The notes under the pieces are model-generated. The model searched no databases. It was not told the DNA's origin and saw only the letters and a program-made list of their open reading frames with translations. Below are positions 9,455-19,045 of a stretch of DNA of 64,000 nt, piece after piece (position 1 is the stretch's first letter; each line of letters starts with the position of its first letter). The stretch is from an uncultured Staphylococcaceae bacterium (lineage in GTDB: Bacteria; Bacillota_I; Bacilli_A; ML615J-28; CAG-313): positions 5,914 through 69,913 of the forward strand of contig CAYPEY010000003.1 in the NCBI GenBank assembly GCA_964409955.1, in the 5' to 3' direction. Both the position numbers and the translations under genes were made by a program.

Positions 9455-10867
9455 ATGTTATTAAAAGATATATATAAAGATATAAATTACAATACTTTAG
9501 TTACCGGAGTAACCACAGATTCAAGATATGTGCTACCCGGTAATTTATTTTTACCATTACCTGGGCGTAACTTTGAAGGGCATGAATTTATAATAGAAGC
9601 TGCAAACAAAAATGCTTCTGCTATCATTTCTGACAAAATAATAAAAAACGCAACAATCCCTGTTATTATTGTTGATGATATATATAAAGAATTAGAACGA
9701 CTTATTGAAATATTTTATGGGAAGCCTTATAATGATTTAACTCTAATTGGTATAACTGGAACAGATGGAAAAACCACAACATCAACAATTACTTCTTATC
9801 TACTATCTCATAAAGCAACATCAGCTAATATCGGGACTAATGGTATAACTTATAATAACATATATATAGATAACTTATTTACTACCCCACCACTTACAGA
9901 AAACTACAGACTTCTTAATAATTTTAAATTAGAAGATATTAAATATACTTGTATGGAAGTATCAAGTCAAGGAATAACAAATAATAGAATTAACAATATC
10001 CTTTTTGACTATACTGTATTCACTAACCTTTCACACGAACACCTAGATACTCATATCACTATGCATAATTATTTTCTAACTAAATTAAAACTATTCAAAC
10101 AGCTTAAACCAAATGGTATAATGATTATAAATAAAGACGACCCTTATTCTAAATACTTTGAAAAATACACAAATGCTATATTCTTTAGCACAAACTCACC
10201 ATCTGACTTTCAAGCAATTAATATTAAATACTTTAATACCTATACAACATTTGATCTAAAAACCAAAGACTATATATATGAAAACTTAAAAGTTAATATA
10301 TCTGAAGAATATAACATCTATAATATTCTTCCCGCAATCATAATTTCATTATATGAAAATATTAATATTGATAATATTGCACGTCTTCTTGAAAATCTCC
10401 CAATAATTCCCGGGCGTCTTGAAAAAGTTCCTATTAATTATCCGTTTGAGGCATATATTGATTTTGCGCATACCCCAAATGCCCTAGAAAAAGTGCTAAA
10501 AGCAATGAGACAAAAAACTAAGAATAATATCATTTTAGTATGTGGTGCTGCTGGTAACAAAGATAAATCAAAAAGACCATTAATGGGAACTATTGCTTGT
10601 GAATACGCAGACTTTGTTATTTTTACCTCAGAAGATCCAAAATGTGAAAAACCAATTGATATAATCAATCAAATGGTACAACTAATAGATGTATCAAATA
10701 ACAATTATCAAATAATATTAAACAGAAAAAATGCTCTATCTTATGCATTTCAAATAGCAAAACCTGGTGATATTGTTCTTGTTACAGGAAAAGGCAGAGA
10801 AAACTTTTTTGAAGAAAACAATCAAAGAATTCCCTATTCAGATTATGAATACCTTCAATCAATTTAA
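9455..10867 (+). CDS. murE: UDP-N-acetylmuramoyl-L-alanyl-D-glutamate--(diamino acid) ligase
   Basis: TTDSRYVLPGNLFLPLPG N-terminal motif and Mur ligase P-loop GITGTDGKTTT. Start moved to ATG 9455 (GGTGA RBS 5 nt upstream); the ORF-track start 9398 overlaps the preceding gene. Confidence 0.85.
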   Translation: MLLKDIYKDINYNTLVTGVTTDSRYVLPGNLFLPLPGRNFEGHEFIIEAANKNASAIISDKIIKNATIPVIIVDDIYKELERLIEIFYGKPYNDLTLIGITGTDGKTTTSTITSYLLSHKATSANIGTNGITYNNIYIDNLFTTPPLTENYRLLNNFKLEDIKYTCMEVSSQGITNNRINNILFDYTVFTNLSHEHLDTHITMHNYFLTKLKLFKQLKPNGIMIINKDDPYSKYFEKYTNAIFFSTNSPSDFQAINIKYFNTYTTFDLKTKDYIYENLKVNISEEYNIYNILPAIIISLYENINIDNIARLLENLPIIPGRLEKVPINYPFEAYIDFAHTPNALEKVLKAMRQKTKNNIILVCGAAGNKDKSKRPLMGTIACEYADFVIFTSEDPKCEKPIDIINQMVQLIDVSNNNYQIILNRKNALSYAFQIAKPGDIVLVTGKGRENFFEENNQRIPYSDYEYLQSI

Positions 10868-10870
10868 AAA

Positions 10871-10900
10871 GCAAAGACTAATAGTCTTTGCTTATTTTTT
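10871..10900. terminator. bidirectional intrinsic terminator between convergent murE and lipoprotein genes
   Basis: GCAAAGACU-AAU-AGUCUUUGC flanked by a U-run on both strands. Confidence 0.7.
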
Positions 10901-12632
10901 ACTTATATGGTGTTATTGATACTACCACTTTAGAATTATTCCATTGATTGCCATGAGAATAAAATAATTCATTAAAAAATCCTGATGCTGCATATCTAAA
11001 GGAAATAATATTATTTACTAATTGTGAAAAAGTAACTTCCACAGTAAAACTAACAGTGTTTGTGCCTTCTGATGAATCATATTTTTTCTCATACAATAAA
11101 TATGTATCAGATAATTGACTACTATTATACACATATATATGTTGATATCCATCATCAATTACTTTCATTTCACAAGAATAAGTTATTGTAAAACCTTTAT
11201 ATCCATTGTCCTTTAACCCTTGGATATCAAAATAACTACTTAAAGTAACCTTATCTTCCCAATCTCTTTTATCAGGATTACCATCAACACCTTTAGGAGT
11301 ATATATATATGGATCACTATATCCTTGATTTCTGATAGTTACATTTTGTGTACCTACCTTTAGAAAACTTGGACTTAATACTAATTCTTTTGTTACTAAT
11401 AAACTATCTTTAAATATTTCGCCATTACTTGATTTCCAACCTAAAAATTCATAACCATCTTTTGTTAATGCTTTTAAATTAATTACTTCATTTTCTTCAG
11501 CATAAATATATTCTATTGGATTATTATCAAGTGTTATTAAATAATAGATATTTTCTGCTGGATATAAAACTATATTGTCTTCAACCACAGGCCCAACATA
11601 TATATTTTCAAAATTAATATCATTAATTTTTGTTGACCATTTTGTTACTAATTTTCCATCTATTCTAATATCTTTAACATATTCAGTAATATTTTCTCCA
11701 TAATTTAGCGATATCATCATAGATTTTGCATTTTCTGAGTTTCCTAATTTTAACTCTACTTGTTTTTGCTCAAGTTGATACTTGGCATATATTTCTATTT
11801 GAGAATCACTTATCACATAATTATTTGTATTTAAAATGTTTTTATTTGACAAATAGCCATTGGAATTATAAATCAAAACTTCTTGATTATTTTTAACGGT
11901 ATACCAGCCGATAAACTCATAATTTTTCTTTATAGGAATAGGCAATTCTCCAATACTTTCGCCATATTTGATATTTCTTGAAATATTATCGAACTCATTA
12001 GAATTAGATATTAAATTCACTTGTATAGCATCAGATAAATATTTCGCATATATTTTTGTTGTATAATTGACTATGCTATAATGTTCTTGATCAAAAATAT
12101 CATATCCGTTTATAAAATCGATACCGTTATGAACTAATATTTCTTTTCCATTATACATAGTATACCATCCTAAAAATTTAGAATAATCTTTAGATAATTG
12201 AGTTAATTGTGGCATTGTATTACCATATTTTAATGAAACTGTTTTATCAACAAAGTTACTATTATTACCCTCTATTTCAATAAAACAATTAACTGAATTT
12301 AATGTATATTTAGCAGTAAAAGTTATAGTATCTTCAATTATATCATAATTCTTAATTTGTAATTTTCCATCATCTACTAAATAATTTTTATCATTATAAA
12401 CTTTAAACTCAACTCCTCCCTTAGTAGCATACCATCCTTCAAATGAATGCCAATCGTCACTAGGAGTAGGTAATTTAGGCATATCTCCCCTATTCGTTAC
12501 CTTAAACTCTGTATTTTCTACTCCTATTCCGTTATAATCTAATATTATAGTATATTCTTTCTTACTACAAGAAACAATATATAATAACATTAAACAAACT
12601 ATAATAAATAAATTAATTTTTCTTTTCATCAT
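10899..12632 (-). CDS. surface lipoprotein with Listeria-Bacteroides (InlB B-repeat-like) repeats
   Basis: Signal peptide with lipobox (LLYIVS-C). Four F-x-GW(Y/K) repeats: FEGWYATK, FLGWYTMY, FIGWYTVK, FLGWKSSN. Start set at the ATG after GGGGAGG. Confidence 0.75.
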   Translation of the reverse strand: MMKRKINLFIIVCLMLLYIVSCSKKEYTIILDYNGIGVENTEFKVTNRGDMPKLPTPSDDWHSFEGWYATKGGVEFKVYNDKNYLVDDGKLQIKNYDIIEDTITFTAKYTLNSVNCFIEIEGNNSNFVDKTVSLKYGNTMPQLTQLSKDYSKFLGWYTMYNGKEILVHNGIDFINGYDIFDQEHYSIVNYTTKIYAKYLSDAIQVNLISNSNEFDNISRNIKYGESIGELPIPIKKNYEFIGWYTVKNNQEVLIYNSNGYLSNKNILNTNNYVISDSQIEIYAKYQLEQKQVELKLGNSENAKSMMISLNYGENITEYVKDIRIDGKLVTKWSTKINDINFENIYVGPVVEDNIVLYPAENIYYLITLDNNPIEYIYAEENEVINLKALTKDGYEFLGWKSSNGEIFKDSLLVTKELVLSPSFLKVGTQNVTIRNQGYSDPYIYTPKGVDGNPDKRDWEDKVTLSSYFDIQGLKDNGYKGFTITYSCEMKVIDDGYQHIYVYNSSQLSDTYLLYEKKYDSSEGTNTVSFTVEVTFSQLVNNIISFRYAASGFFNELFYSHGNQWNNSKVVVSITPYK

Positions 12633-12711
12633 TTTCCTCCCCTTTTTAATTACATACCAAAGCATTAATATATTTTTAATTTTTTAGTCTATAAACCTAT
12701 ATCTTTAAGGA

Positions 12712-12748
12712 AGAAAAAAAAGTTGATTTTTAATTCAAAAATCAACTT
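12712..12748 (-). terminator. intrinsic terminator after rsmI
   Basis: AAGUUGAUUUUU-GAAUU-AAAAAUCAACUU followed by a U8 run on the minus strand. Confidence 0.65.
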
Positions 12749-12914
12749 TAAACATCAAAATTATTGTCTAAAAATAAAGTTTTATATATTTTTCATAAAA
12801 CTATACCTTTATAAATGATATGTTTGTCAGTATTATATACTAAATATAAAAATATGTCAAAATAAATACATATAAAAATATACCTCAACATATCATCAAT
12901 GGCACATTTAAAAC

Positions 12915-13778
12915 TTATTTTCTTTTTAACTCTTGATATATTATACTTTTTGAGATTCCTCTATCTTTTGCTACTTTCTTCATGGCATCTTTTTCAGTTA
13001 AGCCAGTATTTAAATAATATGCCATATGTTCAGTTAAAGGCCCATTTATTAATACACTTTTAATTTCAATAACTTTAGCACCTTCAATAATAATTACAAT
13101 TTCACCTTTTATCTCATCTACTACTTCTAGTATTTCAGATGGAGTTCCATGTAAATATTCTTCATAACGTTTAGTAAGCTCTCTTGCTAAAACAATATGA
13201 CGATCTGGCATTAAATCATTTAACATTTCAAGTGTTTCTTTAATACGATGAGGAGATTCATATAAAATTAAAGTTTCTTCTGTATCTTTTAAAGTTTCAA
13301 GTTCTTTTCTTCTTTTGTTATCTCCACTATTTAAGAAACCTAAGAAAGTTATTCTATTTGCAGGTATTCCACTTCCTACAAGTGCTGTTACAAATGCACA
13401 AGCACCAGGTACTACTACTACATCAACATCATTTTTAATAGCTTCTCGTACAGCAAGAAATCCTGGATCACTAATAATAGGCATACCAGCATCACTTACC
13501 ACCGCAACATTTTCTCCGTTATATATATGATTTAATAGTTCTTCTGTCAAATCGTTCTCATTAAAAGTATGATAACTTTTAAGTGGTTTTTCAATACCAA
13601 AATGGATTAATAACTTTTTAGTAACGCGAGTATCTTCACAATAGATTAAATCAACCGTTTTAAGTGTATCTACTGCACGATATGTCATATCATCAAAATT
13701 ACCAATAGGCACACCTATCATATATAATTTAGCATTATCTATCGCATTTGTTTTTTGTCTTTTTAGCATCTTATTCAC
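12915..13778 (-). CDS. rsmI: 16S rRNA (cytidine1402-2'-O)-methyltransferase
   Basis: Tetrapyrrole-methylase-fold N-terminus LYMIGVPIGN...IYCEDTR. Conserved position after the yabB-like gene. Confidence 0.9.
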   Translation of the reverse strand: MNKMLKRQKTNAIDNAKLYMIGVPIGNFDDMTYRAVDTLKTVDLIYCEDTRVTKKLLIHFGIEKPLKSYHTFNENDLTEELLNHIYNGENVAVVSDAGMPIISDPGFLAVREAIKNDVDVVVVPGACAFVTALVGSGIPANRITFLGFLNSGDNKRRKELETLKDTEETLILYESPHRIKETLEMLNDLMPDRHIVLARELTKRYEEYLHGTPSEILEVVDEIKGEIVIIIEGAKVIEIKSVLINGPLTEHMAYYLNTGLTEKDAMKKVAKDRGISKSIIYQELKRK

Positions 13779-14526
13779 CTTTTTTATAATTAAAGATTTT
13801 TAGAATCTCATCTGTGTAATTACCAATTTCATCTTCCACATATAATGGAGGAAGTATCTTAAGTCCACCAGGTTTACCTTTTTTCTTTGATTCAATTAAA
13901 ATTGCAAGAGCCTCACTTGATGATGTTTTAGGATAAACAAATCTTAATCTTTTTGCTTCAAACTTATATTTTTTTAAAGTTTCAATTATATCCATCATTC
14001 TTTCAGCTCTATGAACCATCGCAAATGTACCACCATCTTTTAGTAATATACTTGCCTCGCGTACAACATCATCAAGAGTTGCTTTAACCTCATGGCGAGC
14101 AATTGTAAGTTCCATATTTTCATTAATATTACTTGATTCATCATATTTAAAATATGGAGGATTACATGTAATAACATCAAACATTGATGTCTTAAAAGTA
14201 AAATGAGCTTCTTTTAAATCCAAGTTATATATATCTATTTGATCCTCTAGATGATTTAGTTCAACACTTCTTTTAGCAAGGGAAGCAATTTCTTCTTGAA
14301 TTTCAATACCAATTATTTTAGATGTAGTTCTAAGTGTTAAAAATATAGGAATATAGCCATTTCCACATCCCATATCCATAATCATTTTATCACTTTTATT
14401 AATGGTAACAAAATCAGCTAAAAGTGTAGAATCTAAAGAAAAGTTAAAGATATCCGGACGTTGGATAATCTTTAACCCTTCATAACCTAATAGATCATTA
14501 ATTACTTCTACTTTGTTCCTTGGCAT
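13771..14526 (-). CDS. SAM-dependent N6-adenine methyltransferase (YabB/TrmN6-like tRNA methyltransferase)
   Basis: SAM motif DMGCGNGYIP and catalytic NPPYF. Start set at ATG 14526 (MPRNK); the longer ORF-track version overlaps ricT. Confidence 0.7.
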   Translation of the reverse strand: MPRNKVEVINDLLGYEGLKIIQRPDIFNFSLDSTLLADFVTINKSDKMIMDMGCGNGYIPIFLTLRTTSKIIGIEIQEEIASLAKRSVELNHLEDQIDIYNLDLKEAHFTFKTSMFDVITCNPPYFKYDESSNINENMELTIARHEVKATLDDVVREASILLKDGGTFAMVHRAERMMDIIETLKKYKFEAKRLRFVYPKTSSSEALAILIESKKKGKPGGLKILPPLYVEDEIGNYTDEILKIFNYKKGE

Positions 14527-15487
14527 GAGCTTTCTTTCCTTGTTTATTGAAACGTTTTTGATATGCCTTTTTCTTTTGTTCTTTAGCTTTAACATCAACA
14601 TCTTCAACTGGCGCTTCCACATCAACTACAACAGGCTCTATAACTGCTTCAACTGTTGCATTATCTTTTAACTCTTGATTAAAGTTTATAACTTCAACAT
14701 TTTTTGCTTCATGTGTAGATGGTGCACCATTTGGATTTTCATTAGTTCTAACAAGTTTTTTAATATAATCAACAGAAACTACCTTACAACAATCACAGCT
14801 TGATGTTTTAACCATTTGTCCAACTGCGGGAAGTTCTTTCTTTAATTCTTGATATAACTCATGTTCAAAAGCAATACAACACATTAGTTTATCACATATA
14901 CCACTTATTTTATTAGTATTAAGAGACATACCTTGTTCTTTTGCCATCTTCATAGTAACAAAGTCAAAGTTAGCAAGATGTGTTTTACAACATAATTCTC
15001 TACCACATGTTCCAATACCACCAATTACTCTTGCTGCCTCACGTGTACCAATTTGACGTAGTTCTACTCTAATTTTAAACTCTGGTGCAAGTACTTTTAA
15101 TAATTCTCTAAAGTCTACTCTGTCTTCTGCACTATAATAGAAAATTACTTTAGATGAATCAATTGTATACTCACAATAAAGTGGTTTCATATCTAATTTA
15201 AAATCTTTAACATATTGTTTAAATACTTCAAAGTTTTTCTTTGCAAGTACATTATTCTTTTCTTCTTGTTCTAAATCTTTAGAAGTTGCAGGACGAATTA
15301 CTGGTTTTAATTCATGTTCTAAATAATCATCCTCTACTTCCCTATTTCCTATTGAAACAAATCCAAGTTCTAAACCCCTTACTGTTTCAACAATTGCGTA
15401 ATCTCCACGATTAAATTTAAATCCTAGTGGATCAAAGTAGTAAACTCTACCTCCACCTTTAAATTGAATTCCAACTATAGTTTTCAC
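14498..15487 (-). CDS. ricT: PSP1-domain protein (YaaT/RicT family)
   Basis: PSP1 C-terminal domain with Cys cluster (CGRELCC...GICDKLMCC). Conserved position after holB. Confidence 0.85.
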   Translation of the reverse strand: MKTIVGIQFKGGGRVYYFDPLGFKFNRGDYAIVETVRGLELGFVSIGNREVEDDYLEHELKPVIRPATSKDLEQEEKNNVLAKKNFEVFKQYVKDFKLDMKPLYCEYTIDSSKVIFYYSAEDRVDFRELLKVLAPEFKIRVELRQIGTREAARVIGGIGTCGRELCCKTHLANFDFVTMKMAKEQGMSLNTNKISGICDKLMCCIAFEHELYQELKKELPAVGQMVKTSSCDCCKVVSVDYIKKLVRTNENPNGAPSTHEAKNVEVINFNQELKDNATVEAVIEPVVVDVEAPVEDVDVKAKEQKKKAYQKRFNKQGKKAHAKEQSRSN

Positions 15488-15496
15488 TTTTACCTC

Positions 15497-16462
15497 CTAT
15501 AATTTAGAAAACAAACTTGTATATTGTAAATCTAAATTAACGTTATAATTAAAACGTTCTTGATATGTATTTAAAAGTTCTAATTTTCTAATTATTTCAT
15601 CTGTATCATATATATCAATAAATTCATCACTCATTATTTCTTCAAAATACGCAGTTTCAAAGAAAGTTTTTTTCTTTAAAATCTCTTGGTAAATTAAAAT
15701 TAAAGTATCAAGAAAAAATCTATGATATGCTTTATCTTTTTCTTCTTGAAAAATAACACGATTTCTAAAATATTCTATATATGCATCTTTTTGATTTAAA
15801 TCTTTAATAACTATTTTTTTAGCTACAGTATAAATATTAGCAACTTTACCTTCTTCAATAATATTCATAGCCTCATCAAAGTCAATTGTTAACATACTTA
15901 CAAGATATGCAATATCCTTAACTACTCCACAATTAATTAGTTTTTCTATTAAATAGCTTTGAGGAATAGGTTTAAAATTAATTACCTGACATCTTGAAAT
16001 CACAGTATCTAGTAGTTTATTAATAGAAGTAGTTGTTAAAAAGGCATAATGATTTGGATTAGGTTCTTCTAAAAATTTAAGTAGGGCATTGGTTGCGGAA
16101 GCATTCATCTTATCCGCATCTTCAATTATATATATTTGTGGTCCTTCTTCAAGCGATGTCATTGAAAACTCTTTAATTATATGTTCAATTTGTTCTTTTC
16201 GAATCATATCATTAATAGGTTTTACGTGGATATAATTTAAGTGAGACTCACTATCTATTCTTTTACAATCTAGACACGCCATACATGGAGCATTATCTTT
16301 TTTACACAGTAATTGTTTTACCATATATATTGCGGCATCAACAGTTCCACAAGCTCCATCACCATTTAATATATATGCATGAAATAATTTACCCTTATCA
16401 TAACTATGCTTTAAAATATGCATAGCATCATTTTGATAATTAAATAAATCTTTTACTTTCAT
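15497..16462 (-). CDS. holB: DNA polymerase III subunit delta-prime
   Basis: HAYILNGDG...Cys-rich zinc module...ALLKFLEEP motif. Overlaps the tmk stop by 1 nt. Confidence 0.85.
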   Translation of the reverse strand: MKVKDLFNYQNDAMHILKHSYDKGKLFHAYILNGDGACGTVDAAIYMVKQLLCKKDNAPCMACLDCKRIDSESHLNYIHVKPINDMIRKEQIEHIIKEFSMTSLEEGPQIYIIEDADKMNASATNALLKFLEEPNPNHYAFLTTTSINKLLDTVISRCQVINFKPIPQSYLIEKLINCGVVKDIAYLVSMLTIDFDEAMNIIEEGKVANIYTVAKKIVIKDLNQKDAYIEYFRNRVIFQEEKDKAYHRFFLDTLILIYQEILKKKTFFETAYFEEIMSDEFIDIYDTDEIIRKLELLNTYQERFNYNVNLDLQYTSLFSKL

Positions 16463-17100
16463 TAAATACCCTTTTCCTTTATAAAATTCATAACAACACT
16501 TAATGCAGATTCTCGAACCTTTTCACGGCTTTCTTCACCATTAATCACAACAATACGGTCATTAAATTTTTTAGCAACTTCTAAATATCCTTCATAAACT
16601 TTATTATGAAATTCTAGTTTTTCAAGTTCTAATCTATCAAGTTCACCGCGGTTATTACTTTTAATTCTATTTAACCCTATTTCAGGGCGAACACATACAA
16701 GTAAAGTTAAATCTGGAAGAAGTCCTTCTGTTGCATATAAATTCATATTATATACTTCATCAATTCCCAGACCTCTTGCATACCCTTGATAAGCAAGTGA
16801 TGAATCTATATATCTATCACATAAGATAATCTTTCCCTCTTCAAGTGCAGGAAGAACAGTCTTTTTAATATGTTCACGTCTACTTGCTGCATATAAAAGT
16901 GATTCAGTTTTATCATCCATGCCAAGATTATCAACATCTAGTATAACTTCTCTTATCTTTTCAGCAACCTTACTTCCACCTGGTTCTCTTGAATATACTA
17001 CTTCATATCCAAGAGTAGTTAGTTCAGATCTAATTGCTTCTATTACACTAGATTTACCACTACCATCATTTCCTTCAAATGTAATAAATAATCCTCTCAT
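16462..17100 (-). CDS. tmk: thymidylate kinase
   Basis: P-loop FITFEGNDGSGKS; DRY-type motif CDRYIDSSLAYQG. Confidence 0.95.
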   Translation of the reverse strand: MRGLFITFEGNDGSGKSSVIEAIRSELTTLGYEVVYSREPGGSKVAEKIREVILDVDNLGMDDKTESLLYAASRREHIKKTVLPALEEGKIILCDRYIDSSLAYQGYARGLGIDEVYNMNLYATEGLLPDLTLLVCVRPEIGLNRIKSNNRGELDRLELEKLEFHNKVYEGYLEVAKKFNDRIVVINGEESREKVRESALSVVMNFIKEKGI

Positions 17101-17225
17101 ATATATACCTCTATTTATACCTTTATCTTATTATAACATATTTTACACTTTTTATAAAGTAATACGGAAAGAAAAATTATGGAATAATTTTTTCTATAAA
17201 ACATATAATATATATGAGGTGCTTT

Positions 17226-17429
17226 ATGAATAATAACAAATATACATTGAAAAGAAAAAATGAATTTGATATGAAAAAGAAATTTGATGAAAATACAGAA
17301 TTTGCAAAAGAATTCTATGATCCCCTTAACAATGTACCAAATATGTTTGATACAGATAAACCAATACTAGCTAAACAAGTAGAATTAAAAGAATTTAATA
17401 ACACAAGACAAAAAGAAAAGGAAATTTAA
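17226..17429 (+). CDS. hypothetical small protein (67 aa)
   Basis: ATG 4-5 nt after GAGGTG and followed by a hairpin terminator. No recognisable motif. Confidence 0.35.
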   Translation: MNNNKYTLKRKNEFDMKKKFDENTEFAKEFYDPLNNVPNMFDTDKPILAKQVELKEFNNTRQKEKEI

Positions 17430-17440
17430 TCCTTTTCTTT
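17412..17440. terminator. bidirectional hairpin between convergent genes
   Basis: AAAGAAAAGGA-AAUUUAA-UCCUUUUCUUU overlapping both stop codons. Confidence 0.55.
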
Positions 17441-18825
17441 TATTTTTCTTCTCCTTCTATAGATTTCTTTTTGAAATCTATGATTTCCCAATATCCATTT
17501 TTATCTGCACCTATACGCTTAATTAAATCTATATTGACTAAGCTTTTAATATTTCTTCTAACTGTTTCTTCTGTTTTTCTGATTTTACCAGCTATCTCTT
17601 TATATGTAATATTATTATCATTTTGAATTAAATTATATATCTCTTGTTGTGTACTATTTAAATTTACACCCACATTTACACCCACATTTACACCCACATT
17701 TTGATATTCATCCACCAAAATGTTTTGTTGTTTACTTTTTAAAACTTGTTTATCAAATGGTATTACAACGTTAATATAATTATTGTGTATTTGAAAAATA
17801 TCTTTCCCATATATTTTAATTACATCAAGAATTCCATGTCCTGTTTGTTCAACATAATCTAAATCAGATAAGATTCTCATTAATGCTTTATTTCTTGGTA
17901 CACTTACACCCTGAAAAAACATTTCTTCGGTTTGACCAAAAGGAAGTCCTCCATGTGATATAACTTCTATTCTATCATCAAATATGTATACAGCTGGTTC
18001 TACTTTAGTCCAATCATTATGAACAATAGCGTTAGTAAAAACTTCCCTTAAACTATCCATATCTACTAATCTTTTATCTACTCTTCTAGCTCCCTTGATT
18101 ACAGACATTGTATAATTTTCTGCTTCTAGTCTATTTATCATTCTATCCATTGCAACTAATAAACACTGATACCCATACTCACTCTTTTCAAGAAGTTCTG
18201 ATTTATCCAGGCCTTTAAATCTAGCAATCTTAATAGATATCCTATTATCATCTGACAATAATTCTGCTAACAAATTATATCTATTTGTTTTAGTTAATAA
18301 ATCTAAATTTTTCTCAAAAGTATCATCATTCAGATGATACTTTTTTTCGCTATAATATATCTTCAACTGTTTAAAAGAGAAATTACTACGATTACTTTCT
18401 ATTTGTGTAATATCATAATTAGATAGCCACGCAGCATTATACATATATTCTATTTGTTCTTCAGTCATACTTCTACAACTTGTTCCGACTCTTATATAAC
18501 ATCCTTTTGCACTTCTTCCATATCTTTTTATATAATACAAAAACCTTCCTTTTTTTACATTCACATTTACAATCATTTTACTCTCTATTAATTTGCAAGT
18601 AATATCTATCAATTCTTGGGGATTGGGTTCAATTCCATCTACAACTATATCAGATATTTTTCTCATCACTAAATCAATATTTTCTAAACCAACAACACTT
18701 CCATCATCTTCTATACCAATATAAATTTCTCCTCCACTACCATTTAAAAAAGCAACAACTTCTTTTTCAAATGTTTCATTTAATACTTTCTTTAATTCTA
18801 CTTTTTCTGTTTCAATAAATTTCAT
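17440..18825 (-). CDS. AlbA_2 (Schlafen-type) / HATPase_c_4 / winged-helix DNA-binding protein
   Basis: N-terminal ETEKVELKK...GGEIYIGIEDDG (AlbA_2). Central NAIVHNDW...SHGGLP...PRN (HATPase_c_4-like). C-terminal wHTH (ETVRRNIKSLVNIDLIKRIG). RBS AAAGGAG. Confidence 0.75.
   Translation of the reverse strand: MKFIETEKVELKKVLNETFEKEVVAFLNGSGGEIYIGIEDDGSVVGLENIDLVMRKISDIVVDGIEPNPQELIDITCKLIESKMIVNVNVKKGRFLYYIKRYGRSAKGCYIRVGTSCRSMTEEQIEYMYNAAWLSNYDITQIESNRSNFSFKQLKIYYSEKKYHLNDDTFEKNLDLLTKTNRYNLLAELLSDDNRISIKIARFKGLDKSELLEKSEYGYQCLLVAMDRMINRLEAENYTMSVIKGARRVDKRLVDMDSLREVFTNAIVHNDWTKVEPAVYIFDDRIEVISHGGLPFGQTEEMFFQGVSVPRNKALMRILSDLDYVEQTGHGILDVIKIYGKDIFQIHNNYINVVIPFDKQVLKSKQQNILVDEYQNVGVNVGVNVGVNLNSTQQEIYNLIQNDNNITYKEIAGKIRKTEETVRRNIKSLVNIDLIKRIGADKNGYWEIIDFKKKSIEGEEK
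17662..17701. repeat. perfect 12-nt tandem repeat, 3.3 copies, in-frame (VNVG)n
   Basis: atttacacccac x3 plus attt on the + strand. Encodes NVGVNVGVNVGV in the linker before the wHTH domain. Confidence 0.9.
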
Positions 18826-18842
18826 TTTTATAACTCCTTTTT

Positions 18843-18928
18843 AAAAAAATAAAAAAGCGGCCAATTAACTAAAACAAAAGTATCCTATTAAAAAATAGGA
18901 TTAACTCTCATTTTATTTAATTAGCCGC
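18843..18928 (-). terminator. long interrupted hairpin plus U-tract (leader terminator/attenuator or sRNA 3' end)
   Basis: 72-nt hairpin (~31 bp including 4 G-U pairs valid only in the minus-strand RNA), followed by UUUUUUAUUUUUUU and then the RBS of the AlbA_2 gene. Confidence 0.6.
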
Positions 18929-19045
18929 GTACGTCTCTTGCGCGAATGAACTTACCATATATTCTTTGGACTAGTAAATCATCAATATAAACATTATCCC
19001 AAAAGACTAGATAATAGATTTTAAAACTTGACTTTTTACATATAT

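Noticed and set aside
14527-14625. Upstream extension of the methyltransferase ORF (and similar extensions at 9398-9454 murE, 54552-54566 spoVT, 59504-59518 folD, 52061-52075, 60579-60602)
   Set aside because: The extensions overlap the preceding gene or the gene's own RBS. Internal ATGs with properly spaced SD sequences give N-termini typical of the families.
16919-17233. 104-aa plus-strand ORF overlapping tmk
   Set aside because: It is antisense to the P-loop region of thymidylate kinase and runs into intergenic DNA. It has no RBS or motif.
17662-17701. Possible mini CRISPR-like array
   Set aside because: The 12-nt units are directly adjacent with no spacers. They are in-frame inside a CDS, and no cas genes are present.
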